From: Tubulanus polymorphus
Lineage: Eukaryota > Animalia > Nemertea
DNA length: 64,000 bases
Assembly: GCF_964204645.1 (NCBI RefSeq)
Contig: NC_134032.1
Span: forward strand, 2,876,175 to 2,940,174
Direction: 5' to 3'
Shown: in pieces, positions 62,596 to 64,000 of the stretch
Position numbering within the stretch: the first letter of the stretch is position 1
How the letters are laid out: the number at the start of each line of letters is the position of its first letter
Program-made: the position numbers and the translations under genes
The notes under the pieces: generated by a model
Database searches by the model: none
What the model was told of the DNA's origin: nothing
Seen by the model: only the letters and a program-made list of their open reading frames with translations

Positions 62596-62625
62596 AAATA
62601 TAAAGTTAAAATTAAGGATATATAA

Positions 62626-63753
62626 ATGAGTGGTAAAAAAACTCCTAATACTAAAGAACAATATTTAAGAAATTTATATTACAACCCTGAGAGTTCGGTT
62701 GCTTATTCTTCTACTAAAAATATATGGCGTAAAGTAAAACAAGATAAATTAGATAAGATAATCCCACAAAATTTAGTTAAATATAAAGATATAAATGAAT
62801 TTATGTTAGAACAACCAACATATACAACACATAAAAAAATTGTTAGAAAATATAAAACTCGTAAAACTATGGTAAGTTATGTAGATCAACAGTGGCAAGG
62901 AGATTTAATTGATATGAAAAATGTTAAGAAAGATAATGATGATTATTGGTGGTTATTAAATATAATTGATATTTTTAGTCGTTATGTATGGAGCTTCCCA
63001 CTTTATAGAAAAGATGCTGCACAAACATCACATGTTTTAAGAAAATTTCTTTCAGGTGGTAAACTAAAACCAGAAAAAATTCAATTTGATGATGGAAAAG
63101 AGTTTGATAATTCACTTGTTCATGAACTCTTAGATAATCATAATATTAAATATTTTTCAACAAAATCAGATAAAAAAGCAGCAGTTGTTGAACGATTTAA
63201 TAGAACATTAAGAACAAGAATGTGGAAATATTTTACAGCAAATAATACTTTTAAATGGATTGATGTTTTACCAAAATTGATAGAAGGATATAATAATTCT
63301 TATCATTCTTCTATTGGAATGAAACCTATTGATGCTAGAAAATCTGAAAATGCTGAAATTGTTTGGAATAATTTATATGGAGCATTTCTTGTTGATGATT
63401 TTGGTGAACCTAAATTTAAAGTTGGTCAAAATGTTAGAATTTCTAAGTATAAAAAGATATTTGATAAAGGATACGATCGAAATTTTACTAGAGAAATATA
63501 TAAAATAAAAAAGGTAATAACAACAAAACCATATGTTTATAAATTAGAAGATTTAGATGGTGAAGAAGTTGATGGCTACTTTAACGAAAAAGAATTAAGT
63601 TTAACTACTGAAAATCTAGAACAAGAATATAAAATTGAAAAAGTATTAAAAACAAAAACTGTTAAAAGAAAAAAATATTCTTTAGTAAAATGGGTTGGAT
63701 GGCCAGATAAATTTAATGAATGGATATTATCAAGTAAAATTAAAAATATATAA
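62626..63753 (+). CDS. int: Retroviral-like (RVE) integrase with C-terminal chromodomain
   Basis: WQGDLIDM, IQFDDGKEF, VVERFNRTLR; chromo motif LVKWVGWPDKFNEWI. Confidence 0.95.
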   Translation: MSGKKTPNTKEQYLRNLYYNPESSVAYSSTKNIWRKVKQDKLDKIIPQNLVKYKDINEFMLEQPTYTTHKKIVRKYKTRKTMVSYVDQQWQGDLIDMKNVKKDNDDYWWLLNIIDIFSRYVWSFPLYRKDAAQTSHVLRKFLSGGKLKPEKIQFDDGKEFDNSLVHELLDNHNIKYFSTKSDKKAAVVERFNRTLRTRMWKYFTANNTFKWIDVLPKLIEGYNNSYHSSIGMKPIDARKSENAEIVWNNLYGAFLVDDFGEPKFKVGQNVRISKYKKIFDKGYDRNFTREIYKIKKVITTKPYVYKLEDLDGEEVDGYFNEKELSLTTENLEQEYKIEKVLKTKTVKRKKYSLVKWVGWPDKFNEWILSSKIKNI

Positions 63754-64000
63754 ATGAATAAGGAATTATTCATATTTGAGCCTCATAATATGTTAATTTC
63801 TGGTGTAACAAATTGTGGAAAAACTTATTTTATATTACATTTATTAGAAACTGTTTATGAAAACTATTTTGATAATATAGTATTATTTTGTCCAACATAT
63901 GAATTTAATCAAACTTATGATAAAAATATTACTAGGAATAATAAATTTATTATATTAGATCCTAAAACAGTAAAAGAAAATTTAGATAATTGTATAAAAA
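63754..64000 (+). CDS. A32/FtsK-like packaging ATPase, truncated by the window end (not in the ORF track)
   Basis: MNKELFIFEPHNMLISGVTNCGKTYFILHLL: Walker A GxxxxGKT; ATG directly follows the integrase stop. Confidence 0.88.
   Translation, partial: MNKELFIFEPHNMLISGVTNCGKTYFILHLLETVYENYFDNIVLFCPTYEFNQTYDKNITRNNKFIILDPKTVKENLDNCIK

Larger units (their letters stand above)
43987..64000 (+). mobile_element. Polinton/Maverick (endogenous adintovirus-like element), right end outside the window
   Basis: pPolB, retroviral-like integrase, capsid-like ORFs and packaging ATPase, densely packed and AT-rich; putative left terminus AGTAATTAGAAAAGTGGGGTTTCAGG at 43987 (boundary less certain than the element). 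Confidence 0.93.

Noticed and set aside
58140-63773. Minus-strand hydrophobic ORFs opposite Polinton genes
   Set aside because: Antisense shadows of AT-rich Lys/Asn/Glu codons; they lack the TAAATG start motif

Overview
AT-rich animal (invertebrate) genomic DNA, not prokaryotic. 1-38 kb is host sequence dense in small non-autonomous transposons. It holds a Penelope-like remnant with a hammerhead ribozyme motif, a spliced and apparently intact DDD transposase-like gene (DUF7869/Sola1-like, about 15.2-25.8 kb) with tandemly duplicated symmetric mini-exons, a 49-bp minisatellite, and a frameshifted intronless class A GPCR. At 38040-43001 is a 5-kb non-autonomous element with Polinton-type ends (5'-AG...CT-3', 6-bp TSD) built from nested hairpins, a duplicated terminus and a 24-bp minisatellite. 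From about 43987 to the window end is a large Polinton/Maverick (endogenous dsDNA virus): protein-primed PolB, Zn-finger ORF, minor capsid, five putative membrane proteins, major capsid, integrase with chromodomain, and a truncated packaging ATPase. It is interrupted by a very young full-length BEL/Pao LTR retrotransposon (50779-57514). All calls come from reading the sequence by eye; no database searches were run.
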